Both the position numbers and the translations under genes were made by a program. Below are positions 36,001 through 50,275 of a DNA stretch of 64,000 nt, one piece after another. The notes beneath the pieces were generated by a model. It was not told the origin of the DNA, did no database searches, and saw nothing but the letters and a program-made list of their open reading frames with translations. Source of the stretch: Eledone cirrhosa (lineage: Eukaryota). The DNA is taken from positions 5,952,001-6,016,000 of the forward strand of contig OZ024743.1 in the NCBI GenBank assembly GCA_964016885.1. The letters are read 5' to 3'. The first letter of the stretch is position 1. Each line of letters starts with the position of its first letter.

Positions 36001-39000
36001 CACCATATAAACTGTATCCCCCACCATATAAACTGTATCCCCCACCATACTAACTGTATCCCCCACCATATAAACTGTATCCCCCACCATACTAACTGTA
36101 TCCCCCACCATACTAACTGTATCCCCCACCATATAAACTGTATCCCCCACCATACTAACTGTATCCCCCACCATACTAACTGTATCCCCCACCATATAAA
36201 CTGTATCCCCCACCATACTAACTGTATCCCCCACCATACTAACTGTATCCCCCACCATATAAACTGTATCCCCCACCATACTAACTGTATCCCCCACCAT
36301 ATAAACTATATCCCCCACCATATAAACTGTATCCCCCACCATATAAACTGTATCCCCCACCATATAAACTGTATCCCCCACCATACTAACTGTATCCCCC
36401 ACCATACTAACTGTATCCCCCACCATATAAACTGTATCCCTCACCATACAAACTGTATCCCCCACCATACAAACTGTATCCCCCACCATACTAACTGTAT
36501 CCCCCACCATATAAACTGTATCCCCCACCATACAAACTATATCCCCCACCATACTAACTGTATCCCCCACCATATAAACTGTATCCCCCACCATATAAAC
36601 TGTATCCCCCACCATATAAACTGTATCCCCCACCATACTAACTGTATCCCCCACCATACTAACTGTATCCCCCACCATATAAACTGTATCCCCCACCATA
36701 TAAACTGTATCCCCCACCATACTAACTGTATCCCCCACCATACTAACTGTATCCCCCACCATACTAACTGTATCCCCCACCATATAAACTGTATCCCCCA
36801 CCATACTAACTGTATCCCCCACCATACAAACTATATCCCCCACCATACTAACTGTATCCCCCACCATACTAACTGTATCCCCCACCATACTAACTGTATC
36901 CCCCACCATATAAACTGTATCCCCCACCATATAAACTGTATCCCCCACCATACTAACTGTATCCCCCACCATACTAACTGTATCCCCCACCATATAAACT
37001 GTATCCCCCACCATACAAACTGTATCCCCCACCATACTAACTGTATCCCCCACCATATAAACTGTATCCCCCACCATATACACTGTATCCCCCACCATAT
37101 AAACTGTATCCCCCACCATACTAACTGTATCCCCCACCATATAAACTGTATCCCCCACCATACAAACCGTATCCCCCACCATATAAACTGTATCCCCACC
37201 ATATAAACTGTATCCCCCACCATACTATCTGTATCCCCCACCATACTAACTGTATCCCCCACCATATAAACTGTATCCCCCACCATACAAACTGTATCCC
37301 CCACCATATAAACTGTATCCCCACCATATAAACTGTATCCCCCACCATATAAACTGTATCCCCACCATATAAACTGTATCCCCCACCATATAAACTGTAT
37401 CCCCCACCATACTAACTGTATCCCCCACCATACAAGCTGTATCCCCCACCATATAAACTGTATCCCCCACCATATAAACTGTATCCCCCACCATATAAAC
37501 TGTATCCCCCACCATATAAACTGTATCCCCCACCATATAAACTGTATCCCCCACCATATAAACTGTATCCCCCACCATACTACCTGTATCCCCCACCATA
37601 TAAACTGTATCCCCCACCATATAAACTGTATCCCCCACCATACTAACTGTATCCCCCACCATATAAACTGTATCCCCCACCATACAAACTGTATCCCCCA
37701 CCATACTAACTGTATCCCCCACCATATAAACTGTATCCCCCACCATATAAACTGTATCCCCCACCATACAAACTGTATCCCCCACCATACTAACTGTATC
37801 CCCCACCATATAAACTATATCCCCCACCATATAAACTGTATCCCCCACCATATAAACTGTATCCCCCACCATACAAACTGTATCCCCCACCATACTACCT
37901 GTATCCCCCACCATATAAACTGTATCCCCCACCATATAAACTGTATCCCCCACCATACTAACTGTATCCCCCACCATATAAACTGTATCCCCCACCATAC
38001 AAACTGTATCCCCCAACATACTAACTGTATACCCCACCATATAAACTGTATCCCCCACCATATAAACTGTATCCCCCACCATACAAACTGTATCCCCCAC
38101 CATACTAACTGTATCCCCCACCATATAAACTATATCCCCCACCATATAAACTGTATCCCCCACCATATAAACTGTATCCCCCACCATACAAACTGTATCC
38201 CCCACCATACTACTTGTATCCCCCACCATATAAACTGTATCCCCCACCATATAAACTGTATCCCCCACCATACTAACTGTATCCCCCACCATATAAACTG
38301 TATCCCCCACCATACTAACTGTATCCCCCACCATATAAACTGTATCCCCCACCATATAAACTGTATCCCCCACCATACAAACTGTATCCCCCACCATACT
38401 AACTGTATCCCCCACCATATAAACTGTATCCCCCACCATACTAACTGTATCCCCCACCATACTAACTGTATGCCCCACTATATAAACTGTATCCCCCACC
38501 ATATAAACTGTATCCCCCACCATACTAACTGTATCCCCCACCATACTAACTGTATCCCCCACCATACTAACTGTATCCCCCACCATATAAATTGTATCCC
38601 CCACCATACTAACTGTATCCCCCACCATATAAACTGTATCCCCCACCATATAAACTGTATCCCCCACCATACTAACTGTATCCCCCACCATACTAACTGT
38701 ATCCCCCACCATATAAACTGTATCCCCCACCATATAAACGGTATCCCCCACCATACTAACTGTATCCCCCACCATACTAACTGTATCCCCCACCATACTA
38801 ACTGTATCCCCCACCATATAAACTGTATCCCCCACCATATAAACTGTATCCCTCACCATACTAACTGTATCCCCCACCATACTAACTGTATCCCCCACCA
38901 TACTAACTGTATCCCTCACCATACTAACTGTATCCCCCACCATATAAACTGTATCCCCCACCATATAAACGGTATCCCCCACCATACTAACTGTATCCCC

Positions 39001-42000
39001 CACCATACTAACTGTATCCCCCACCATACTAACTGTATCCCCCACCATATAAACTGTATCCCCCACCATATAAACTGTATCCCTCACCATACTAACTGTA
39101 TCCCCCACCATACTAACTGTATCCCCCACCATACTAACTGTATCCCTCACCATACTAACTGTATCCCCCACCATATAAACTGTATCCCTCACCATACTAA
39201 CTGTATCCCCCACCATACTAACTGTATCCCCCACCATACTAACTGTATCCCCCACCATACTAACTGTATCCCCCACCATATAAACTGTATCCCCCACCAT
39301 ATAAACTGTATCCCCCACCATATAAACTGTATCCCCCACCATATAAACTGTATCCCCCACCATACTAACTGTATCCCTCACCATACTAACTGTATCCCCC
39401 ACCATATAAACTGTATCCCCCACCATACTAACTGTATCCCCCACCATATAAACTGTATCCCCCACCATATAAACTGTATCCCTCACCATACTAACTGTAT
39501 CCCCCACCATGCTAACTGTATCCCCCACCATACTAACTGTATCCCTCACCATACTAACTGTATCCCCCACCATACTAACTGTATCCCCCACCATACTAAC
39601 TGTATCCCCCACCATATAAACTGTATCCCCCACCATACTAACTGTATCCCTCACCATACTAACTGTATCCCCCACCATATAAACTGTATCCCCCACCACA
39701 CAAACTATATCCCCCACCATATAAACTGTATCCCCCACCATATAAACTGTATCCCCCACCATACTAACTGTATCCCCCACCATACTAACTGTATCCCCCA
39801 CCATATAAACTGTATCCCCCACCATATAAACTGTATCCCCCACCATACTAACTGTATCCCCCACCATATAAACTGTATCCCTCACCATACTAACTGTATC
39901 CCCCACCATATAAACTGTATCCCCCACCATATAAACTGTATCCCCCACCATACTAACTGTATCCCCCACCATATAAACTGTATCCCTCACCATACTAACT
40001 GTATCCCCCACCATATAAACTGTATCCCCTACCATATAAACTGTATCCCCCACCATACTAACTGTATCCCCCACCATATAAACTGTATCCCTCACCATAC
40101 TAACTGTATCCCCCACCATATAAACTGTATCCCCCACCATACAAACTATATCCCCCACCATACTAACTGTATCCCCCACCATACTAACTGTATCCCCCAC
40201 CATATAAACTGTATCCCTCACCATACTAACTGTATCCCCCACCATATAAACTGTATCCCCCACCATATAAACTGTATCCCTCACCATACTAACTGTATCC
40301 CCCACCATATAAACTGTATCCCCCACCATACAAACTATATCCCCCACCATACTAACTGTATCCCCCACCATACTAACAGTATCCCCCACCATATAAACTG
40401 TATCCCTCACCATACTAACTGTATCCCCCACCATATAAACTGTATCCCTCACCATACTAACTGTATCCCCCACCATATAAACTGTATCCCCCACCATATA
40501 AACTGTATCCCCCACCATACTAACTGTATCCCCCACCATACTAACTGTATCCCCCACCATACTAACTGTATCCCCCACCATATAAACTGTATGCCCCACC
40601 ATACAAACTATATCCCCCACCATACTAACTGTATCCCCCACCATACTAACTGTATCCCCCACCATATAAACTGTATCCCTCACCATACTAACTGTATCCC
40701 CCACCATATAAACTGTATCCCTCACCATACTAACTGTATCCCCCACCATATAAACTGTATCCCCCACCATATAAACTGTATCCCCCACCATACTAACTGT
40801 ATCCCCCACCATACTAACTGTATCCCCCACCATACTAGCTGTATCCCCCACCATATAAACTGTATCCCCCACCATATAAACTGTATCCCCCACCATACTA
40901 ACTGTATCCCCCACCATACTAACTGTATCCCCCACCATATAAACTGTATCCCCCACCATACAAACTGTATCCCCCACCATACTAACTGTATCCCCCACCA
41001 TATAAACTGTATCCCCCACCATACAAACTATATCCCCCACCATACTAACTGTTTCCCCCACCATATAAACTGTATCCCCCACCATATAAACTGTATCCCC
41101 CACCATATAAACTGTATCCCCCACCATACTAACTGTATCCCCCACCATACTAACTGTATCCCCCACCATATAAACTGTATCCCCCACCATATAAACTGTA
41201 TCCCCCACCATACTAACTGTATCCCCCACCATACTAACTGTATCCCCCACCATACTAACTGTATCCCCCACCATACAAACTGTATCCCCCACCATACTAA
41301 CTGTATCCCCCACCATACAAACTATATCCCCCACCATACTAACTGTATCCCCCACCATACTAACTGTATCCCCCACCATACTAACTGTATCCCCCACCAT
41401 ATAAACTGTATCCCCCACCATATAAACTGTATCCCCCACCATACTAACTGTATCCCCCACCATACTAACTGTATCCCCCACCATATAAACTGTATCCCCC
41501 ACCATACAAACTGTATCCCCCACCATACTAACTGTATCCCCCACCATATAAACTGTATCCCCCACCATATACACTGTATCCCCCACCATATAAACTGTAT
41601 CCCCCACCATACTAACTGTATCCCCCACCATATAAACTGTATCCCCCACCATACAAACCGTATCCCCCACCATATAAACTGTATCCCCACCATATAAACT
41701 GTATCCCCCACCATACTATCTGTATCCCCCACCATACTAACTGTATCCCCCACCATATAAACTGTATCCCCCACCATACAAACTGTATCCCCCACCATAT
41801 AAACTGTATCCCCACCATATAAACTGTATCCCCACCATATAAACTGTATCCCCACCATATAAACTGTATCCCCCACCATATAAACTGTATCCCCCACCAT
41901 ACTAACTGTATCCCCCACCATACTAACTGTATCCCCCACCATACTAACTGTATCCCCCACCATACAAGCTGTATCCCCCACCATATAAACTGTATCCCCC

Positions 42001-45000
42001 ACCATATAAACTGTATCCCCCACCATATAAACTGTATCCCCCACCATATAAACTGTATCCCCCACCATATAAACTGTATCCCCCACCATATAAACTGTAT
42101 CCCCCACCATATAAACTGTATCCCCCACCATATAAACTGTATCCCCCACCATACTAACTGTATCCCCCACCATATAAACTGTATCCCCCACCATACAAAC
42201 TGTATCCCCCACCATACTAACTGTATCCCCCACCATATAAACTGTATCCCCCACCATATAAACTGTATCCCCCACCATACAAACTGTATCCCCCACCATA
42301 CTAACTGTATCCCCCACCATATAAACTATATCCCCCACCATATAAACTGTATCCCCCACCATACAAACTGTATCCCCCACCATACTACCTGTATCCCCCA
42401 CCATATAAACTGTATCCCCCACCATATAAACTGTATCCCCCACCATACTAACTGTATCCCCCACCATATAAACTGTATCCCCCACCATACAAACTGTATC
42501 CCCCAACATACTAACTGTATACCCCACCATATAAACTGTATCCCCCACCATACAAACTGTATCCCCCACCATACTAACTGTATCCCCCACCATATAAACT
42601 ATATCCCCCACCATATAAACTGTATCCCCCACCATATAAACTGTATCCCCCACCATACAAACTGTATCCCCCACCATACTACTTGTATCCCCCACCATAT
42701 AAACTGTATCCCCCACCATACTAACTGTATCCCCCACCATATAAACTGTATCCCCCACCATACTAACTGTATCCCCCATCATATAAACTGTATCCCCCAC
42801 CATATAAACTGTATCCCCCACCATACAAACTGTATCCCCCACCATACTAACTGTATCCCCCACCATATAAACTGTATCCCCCACCATATAAACTGTATCC
42901 CCCACCATATAAACTGTATCCCCCACCATACTAACTGTATCCCCCACCATACTAACTGTATCCCCCACCATATAAACTGTATCCCCCACCATACTAACTG
43001 TATCCCCCACCATATAAACTGTATCCCCCACCATATAAACTGTATCCCCCACCATATAAACTGTATCCCCCACCATATAAACTGTATCCCCCACCATACT
43101 AACTGTATCCCCCACCATACTAACTGTATCCCCCACCATATAAACTGTATCCCCCACCATATAAACTGTATCCCCCACCATATAAACTGTATCCCCCACC
43201 ATACTAACTGTATCCCCCACCATACTAACTGTATCCCCCACCATATAAACTGTATCCCCCACCATACTAACTGTATCCCCCCACCATATAAACTGTATCC
43301 CCCACCATACTAACTGTATCCCCCACCATATAAACTGTATCCCCCACCATACTAACTGTATCCCCCACCATATAAACTGTATCCCCCACCATATAAACTG
43401 TATCCCCCACCATATAAACTGTATCCCCCACCATACTAACTGTATCCCCCACCATACTAACTGTATCCCCCACCATATAAACTGTATCCCCCACCATATA
43501 AACTGTATCCCCCACCATACAAACTGTATCCCCCACCATATAAACTGTATCCCCACCATATAAACTGTATCCCCCACCATATAAACTGTATCCCCCACCA
43601 TACTAACTGTATCCCCCACCATATAAACTGTATCCCCCACCATATAAACTGTATCCCCCACCATACAAACTGTATCCCCACCATATAAACTGTATCCCCC
43701 ACCATATAAACTGTATCCCCCACCATATAAACTGTATCCCCCACCATACTAACTGTATCCCCCACCATACTAACTGTATCCCCCACCATATAAACTGTAT
43801 CCCCCACCATACAAACTGTATCCCCCACCATACTAACTGTATCCCCCACCATATAAACTGTATCCCCCACCATATACACTGTATCCCCCACCATATAAAC
43901 TGTATCCCCCACCATACTAACTGTATCCCCCACCATATAAACTGTATCCCCCACCATACAAACCGTATCCCCCACCATATAAACTGTATCCCCACCATAT
44001 AAACTGTATCCCCCACCATACTATCTGTATCCCCCACCATACTAACTGTATCCCCCACCATATAAACTGTATCCCCCACCATATAAACTGTATCCCCCAC
44101 CATACAAACTGTATCCCCCACCATATAAACTGTATCACCACCATATAAACTGTATCCCCCACCATATAAACTGTATCCCCACCATATAAGCTGTATCCCC
44201 CACCATATAAACTGTATCCCCCACCATACTAACTGTATCCCCCACCATACTAACTGTATCCCCCACCATACAAGCTATATCCCCCACCATATAAACTGTA
44301 TCCCCCACCATATAAACTGTATCCCCCACCATATAAACTGTATCCCCCACCATATAAACTGTATCCCCCACCATATAAACTGTATCCCCCACCATACAAA
44401 CTGTATCCCCCACCATACTACCTGTATCCCCCACCATATAAACTGTATCCCCCACCATACTAACTGTATCCCCCACCATATAAACTGTATCCCCCACCAT
44501 ACAAACTGTATCCCCCAACATACTAACTGTATCCCCCACCATATAAACTGTATCCCCCACCATATAAACTGTATCCCCCACCATACAAACTGTATCCCCC
44601 ACCATACTAACTGTATCCCCCACCATATAAACTATATCCCCCACCATATAAACTGTATCCCCCACAATATAAACTGTATCCCCCACCATACAAACTGTAT
44701 CCCCCACCATACTACTTGTATCCCCCACCATATAAACTGTATCCCCCACCATATAAACTGTATCCCCCACCATATAAACTGTATCCCCCACCATACTAAC
44801 TGTTTCCCCCACCATATAAACTGTATCCCCCACCATACAAACTGTATCCCCCACCATACTAACTGTATCCCCCACCATATAAACTGTATTCCCCACCATA
44901 CAAACTGTATCCCCCACCATACTAACTGTATCCCCCACCATATAAACTGTATCCCCCACCATATAAACTGTATCCCCCACCATATAAACTGTATCCCCCA

Positions 45001-48000
45001 CCATACTAACTGTATCCCCCACCATACTAACTGTATCCCCCACCATATAAACTGTATCCCCCACCATACTAACTGTATCCCCCACCATATAAACTGTATC
45101 CCCCACCATATAAACTGTATCCCCCACCATATAAACTGTATCCCCCACCATACTAACTGTATCCCCCACCATATAAACTGTATCCCCCACCATATAAACT
45201 GTATCCCCCACCATACTAACTGTATCCCCCACCATACTAACTGTATCCCCCACCATATAAACTGTATCCCCCACCATACTAACTGTATCCCCCACCATAT
45301 AAACTGTATCCCCCACCATACTAACTGTATCCCCCACCATATAAACTGTATCCCCCACCATATAAACTGTATCCCCCACCATATAAACTGTATCCCCCAC
45401 CATACTAACTGTATGCCCCACCATATAAACTGTATCCCCCACCATATAAACTGTATCCCCCACCATATAAACTGTATCCCCCACCATATAAACTGTATCC
45501 CCCACCATATAAACTGTATCCCCCACCATACTAACTGTATCCCCCACCATACTAACTGTATCCCCCACCATATAAACTGTATCCCCCACCATACTAACTG
45601 TATCCCCCACCATACTAACTGTATCCCCCACCATATAAACTGTATCCCCCACCATATAAACTGTATCCCCCACCATACTAACTGTATCCCCCACCATATA
45701 AACTGTATCCCCCACCATACTAACTGTATCCCCCACCATACTAACTGTATCCCCCACCATATAAACTGTATCCCCCACCATATAAACTGTATCCCCCACC
45801 ATACTAACTGTATCCCCCACCATATAAACTGTATCCCCCACCATATAAACTGTATCCCCCACCATACTAACTGTATCCCCCACCATACTAACTGTATCCC
45901 CCACCATATAAACTGTATCCCCCACCATATAAACTGTATCCCCCACCATACTAACTGTATCCCGCACCATACTAACTGTATCCCCCACCATATAAACTAT
46001 ATCCCCCACCATACTAACTGTATCCCCCACCATACTAACTGTATCCCCCACCATATAAACTGTATCCCCCACCATATAAACTGTATCCCCCACCATACTA
46101 ACTGTATCCCCCACCATACTAACTGTATCCCCCACCATATAAACTATATCCCCCACCATATAAACTGTATCCCCCACCATACTAACTGTATCCCCCACCA
46201 TATAAACTGTATCCCCCACCATATAAACTGTATCCCCCACCATACTAACTGTATCCCCCACCATACTAACTGTATCCCCCACCATACTAACTGTATCCCC
46301 CACCATATAAACTGTATCCCCCACCATATAAACTGTATCCCCCACCATACTAACTGTATCCCCCACCATACTAACTGTATCCCCCACCATATAAACTGTA
46401 TCCCCCACCATATAAACTGTATCCCCCACCATACTAACTGTATCCCCCACCATACTAACTGTATCCCCCACCATATAAACTGTATCCCCCACCATACTAA
46501 CTGTATCCCCCACCATACTAACTGTATCCCCCACCATATAAATTGTATCCCCCACCATATAAACTGTATCCCCCACCATATAAACTGTATGCCCCACCAT
46601 ATAAACTGTATCCCCCACCATATAAACTGTATCCCCCACCATATAAACTGTATCCCCCACCATACTAACTGTATCCCCCACCATATAAACTGTATCCCCC
46701 ACCATATAAACTGTATCCCCCACCATATAAACTGTATACCCCACCATACTAACTGTATCCCCCACCATATAAACTGTATCCCCCACCATATAAACTGTAT
46801 CCCCCACCATACTAACTGTATCCCCCACCATATAAACTGTATCCCCCACCATATAAACTGTATCCCCCACCATACAAACTGTATCCCCCACCATATAAAC
46901 TGTATCCCCCACCATATAAACTGTATCCCCCACCATATAAACTGTATCCCCCACCATATAAACTGTATCCCCCACCATATAAACTGTATCCCCCACCATA
47001 TAAACTGTATCCCCCACCATACAAACTGTATCCCCCACCATACTAACTGTATCCCTCACCATACTAACTGTATCCCCCACCATATAAACTGTATCCCTCA
47101 CCATATAAACTGTATCCCCCACCATATAAACTGTATCCCCCACCATATAAACTGTATCCCCCACCATATAAACTGTATCCCCCACCATATAAACTGTATC
47201 CCCCACCATATAAACTGTATCCCCCACCATATAAACTGTATCCCCCACCATACAAACTGTATCCCCCACCATACTAACTGTATCCCCCACCATACTAACT
47301 GTATCCCCCACCATATAAACTGTATCCCCCACCATATAAACTGATCCCCCACCATACTAACTGTATCCCCCACCATATAAACTGTATCCCCCACCATATA
47401 AACTGTATCCCCCACCATATAAACTGTATCCCCCACCATACAAACTGTATCCCCCACCATACTAACTATCCCCCACCATATAAACTGTATCCCTCACCAT
47501 ATAAACTGTATCCCCCACCATACTAACTGTATCCCCCACCATATAAACTGTATCCCTCACCATATAAACTGTATCCCCCACCATATAAACTGTATCCCCC
47601 ACCATATAAACTGTATCCCCCACCATACTAACTGTATCCCTCACCATATAAACTGTATCCCCCACCATACAAACTGTATCCCCCACCATACTAACTGTAT
47701 CCCCCACCATATAAACTGTATCCCCCACCATATAAACTGTAACCGCCACCATATAAACTGTATCCCCCACCATACTAACTGTATCCCCCACCATATAAAC
47801 TGTATCCCCCACCATATAAACTGTATCCCCACCATATAAACTGTATCCCCCACCATATAAACTGTATCCCCCACCATATAAACTGTATCCCCCACCATAT
47901 AAACTGTATCCCCCACCATACTAACTGTATCCCCCACCATATAAACTGTATCCCCCACCATATAAACTGTATCCCCCACCATACTAACTGTATCCCCCAC

Positions 48001-49380
48001 CATATAAACTGTATCCCCCACCATATAAACTGTATCCCCCACCATATAAACTGTATCCCCCACCATATAAACTGTATCCCCCACCATACAAACTGTATCC
48101 CCCACCATACTAACTGTATCCCCCACCATACTAACTGTATCCCCCACCATATAAACTGTTTCCCCACCATACTAACTGTATCCTCCACCATACTAACTGT
48201 ATCCCCCACCATATAAACTGTATCCCCCACCATACTAACTGTATCCCCCACCATACTAACTGTATCCCCCACCATACTAACTGTATCCCCCACCATACTA
48301 ACTGTATCCCCCACCATATAAACTGTATCCCCCACCATACTAACTGTATCCCCCACCATACTAACTGTATCCCCCACCATATAAACTATATCCCCCACCA
48401 TATAAACTGTATCCCCCACCATATAAACTGTATCCCCCACCATACTAACTGTATCCCCCACCATATAAACTGTATCCCCACCATATAAACTATATCCCCC
48501 ACCATACTAACTGTATCCCCCACCATACTAACTGTATCCCCCACCATACTAACTGTATCCCCCACCATATAAACTATATCCCCCACCATATAAACTGTAT
48601 CCCCCACCATATAAACTGTATCCCCCACCATATAAACTGTTTTCCCACCATACTAACTGTATCCCCCACCATATAAACTGTTTCCCCACCATACTAACTG
48701 TATCCCCCACCATATAAACTGTATCCCCCACCATACTAACTGTATCCCCCACCATATAAACTGTATCCCCACCATATAAACTATATCCCCCACCATACTA
48801 ACTGTATCCCCCACCATATAAACTGTATCCCCCACCATATAAACTGTATCCCCCACCATATAAACTATATCCCCCACCATATAAACTGTATCCCCCACCA
48901 TATAAACTATATCCCCCACCATACTAACTGTATCCCCCACCATACTAACTGTATCCCCCACCATATAAACTGTATCCCCCACCATATAAACTATATCCCC
49001 CACCATATAAACTGTATCCCCCACCATATAAACTATATCCCCCACCATATAAACTGTATCCCCCACCATATAAACTGTATCCCCCACCATATAAACTATA
49101 TCCCCCACCATATAAACTGTATCCCCCACCATACTAACTGTATCCCCCACCATACTAACTGTATCCCCCACCATATAAACTGTATCCCCCACCATACAAA
49201 CTGTATCCCCCACCATATAAACTGTATCCCCCACCATACTAACTGTATCCCCCACCATATAACTGTATCCACCACCATACTAACTGTATCCCCCACCATA
49301 CAAACTGTATCCCCCACCATATAAATTGTATCCCCCACCATACAAACTGTATCCCCCACCATATAACTGTATCCACCACT
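1..49380. repeat. 21-bp tandem satellite, consensus CTGTATCCCCCACCATA(CT|TA)AA, >=49 kb, open at the left window edge
   Basis: Continuous head-to-tail units read directly; two major variants (..CATACTAA, ..CATATAAA), minor ..CATACAAA, C-run of 4-6; about 49380/21 = ~2,350 units; decays at 49260-49380. Confidence 0.99.
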
Positions 49381-49511
49381 GTACAAGCTGCACCCAATAC
49401 AGTTGCCCCCCCCCCCCCCCCACACTCATCATTTCCATTTTGTTTCATCAGCAAATATTGATGAAAGATATACGTTATGTTTAATAAACATTTTGAAAGC
49501 CCAGCTATGAA

Positions 49512-49631
49512 TTGGAAGGCTGATGGGCAGTACCGCCTTGTGGATTCCAGCAGAAGCAGTGGGGATAACTCAGTTATTCTCCGCTGCTTCTGCCGGAATC
49601 CACTAGATGGCACTACCTGTCAGCCTTTCAA
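49512..49631. repeat. Imperfect palindrome with ~60-bp arms (MITE-like/foldback), containing a CTCF-like motif
   Basis: Left arm TTGGAAGGCTGATGGGCAGTACCGCCTTGTGGATTCCAGCAGAAGCAGTGGGGATAACT aligns to the reverse complement of 49572-49631 with about 11 mismatches (mostly transitions) and 1 gap; centre at 49571. Confidence 0.9.
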
Positions 49632-49814
49632 AATGTTTATTTATTAAACATACCGTATATCTTTAGACATATGAAATTCACATACATATATGTATACAAC
49701 CAAGGGCCTTGTTTCAACGGGGTACCTGGTGACATTACCCCCCCCCCCCCCCCCACACACACACTTTTTCAGGAGCGGTGGACAAACCATCTTTTGTTTT
49801 TTTGTTTATTTGAT

Positions 49815-49917
49815 ATAATTGTTTCTACTTTTTTTGGCACAAGGCCAGCAAATTACCCAGTGTATTACTGGTACTTTATTTTATCGACCCCGTAAGGATG
49901 AAAGGCAAAGTGAACCT
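49815..49917 (-). mobile_element. SINE family A copy, 5'-truncated, 13-bp target-site duplication
   Basis: Shares ACTGGTACTTTATTTTATCGACCCCGTAAGGATGAAAGGCAAAG with other copies in the window; TATTTGATATAAT at 49807-49819 and 49917-49929. Confidence 0.85.
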
Positions 49918-50099
49918 ATTTGATATAATAAATCCTTTTAAGCTTATTTTTTTTTATATCTGAACTTCATTTGAATATATAAAATTTAATTAGCGTAAAA
50001 TTTTACTTATGTGATAGGGTCCAGGAAAGGCACCATAAACAATACTAACATGCTCCTTTAAGAATCAACAAAATGTTGGTTTATCCCCTTCACATTTTT

Positions 50100-50275
50100 A
50101 AAGCATATGAGGCCCATGTACACAACTATGCCGAAGATAAATTTTAGTCCTATTGACTTTGTCTAATACTTCTTACTCAGAGTTGATGTCTTATGGAACA
50201 CTCTCTGCTAATGCTTTTGAACTAACATGACTGTAAAGAAGTTCAAACAGAACATTAATTGCATCAAACTCATCT
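50100..50275 (+). mobile_element. Possible degraded LINE (CR1/jockey-like) 3' remnant
   Basis: Short translation YFLLRVDVLWNTL resembles the FFxxRVxxxWNxLP C-terminal motif of CR1-group ORF2; frameshifted and short. Confidence 0.3.

Noticed and set aside
46812-47255. GGYSLYG repeats resembling Gly/Tyr-rich structural proteins such as suckerins
   Set aside because: Third frame of the satellite; every TACTAA unit introduces TAG; no signal peptide or Ala/His modules.
1-49380. CRISPR array or telomeric repeat
   Set aside because: No unique spacers and eukaryotic context; no TTAGGG units, and the array adjoins an exon.
506-49425. Long repeat ORFs (MVGDTVS/Y up to 1574 aa, NCIPHHT/I, WWGIQLV)
   Set aside because: A 21-bp unit lacking stops is open in several frames on both strands at once; frequent C-run frameshifts, no unique termini, no synonymous-site bias.
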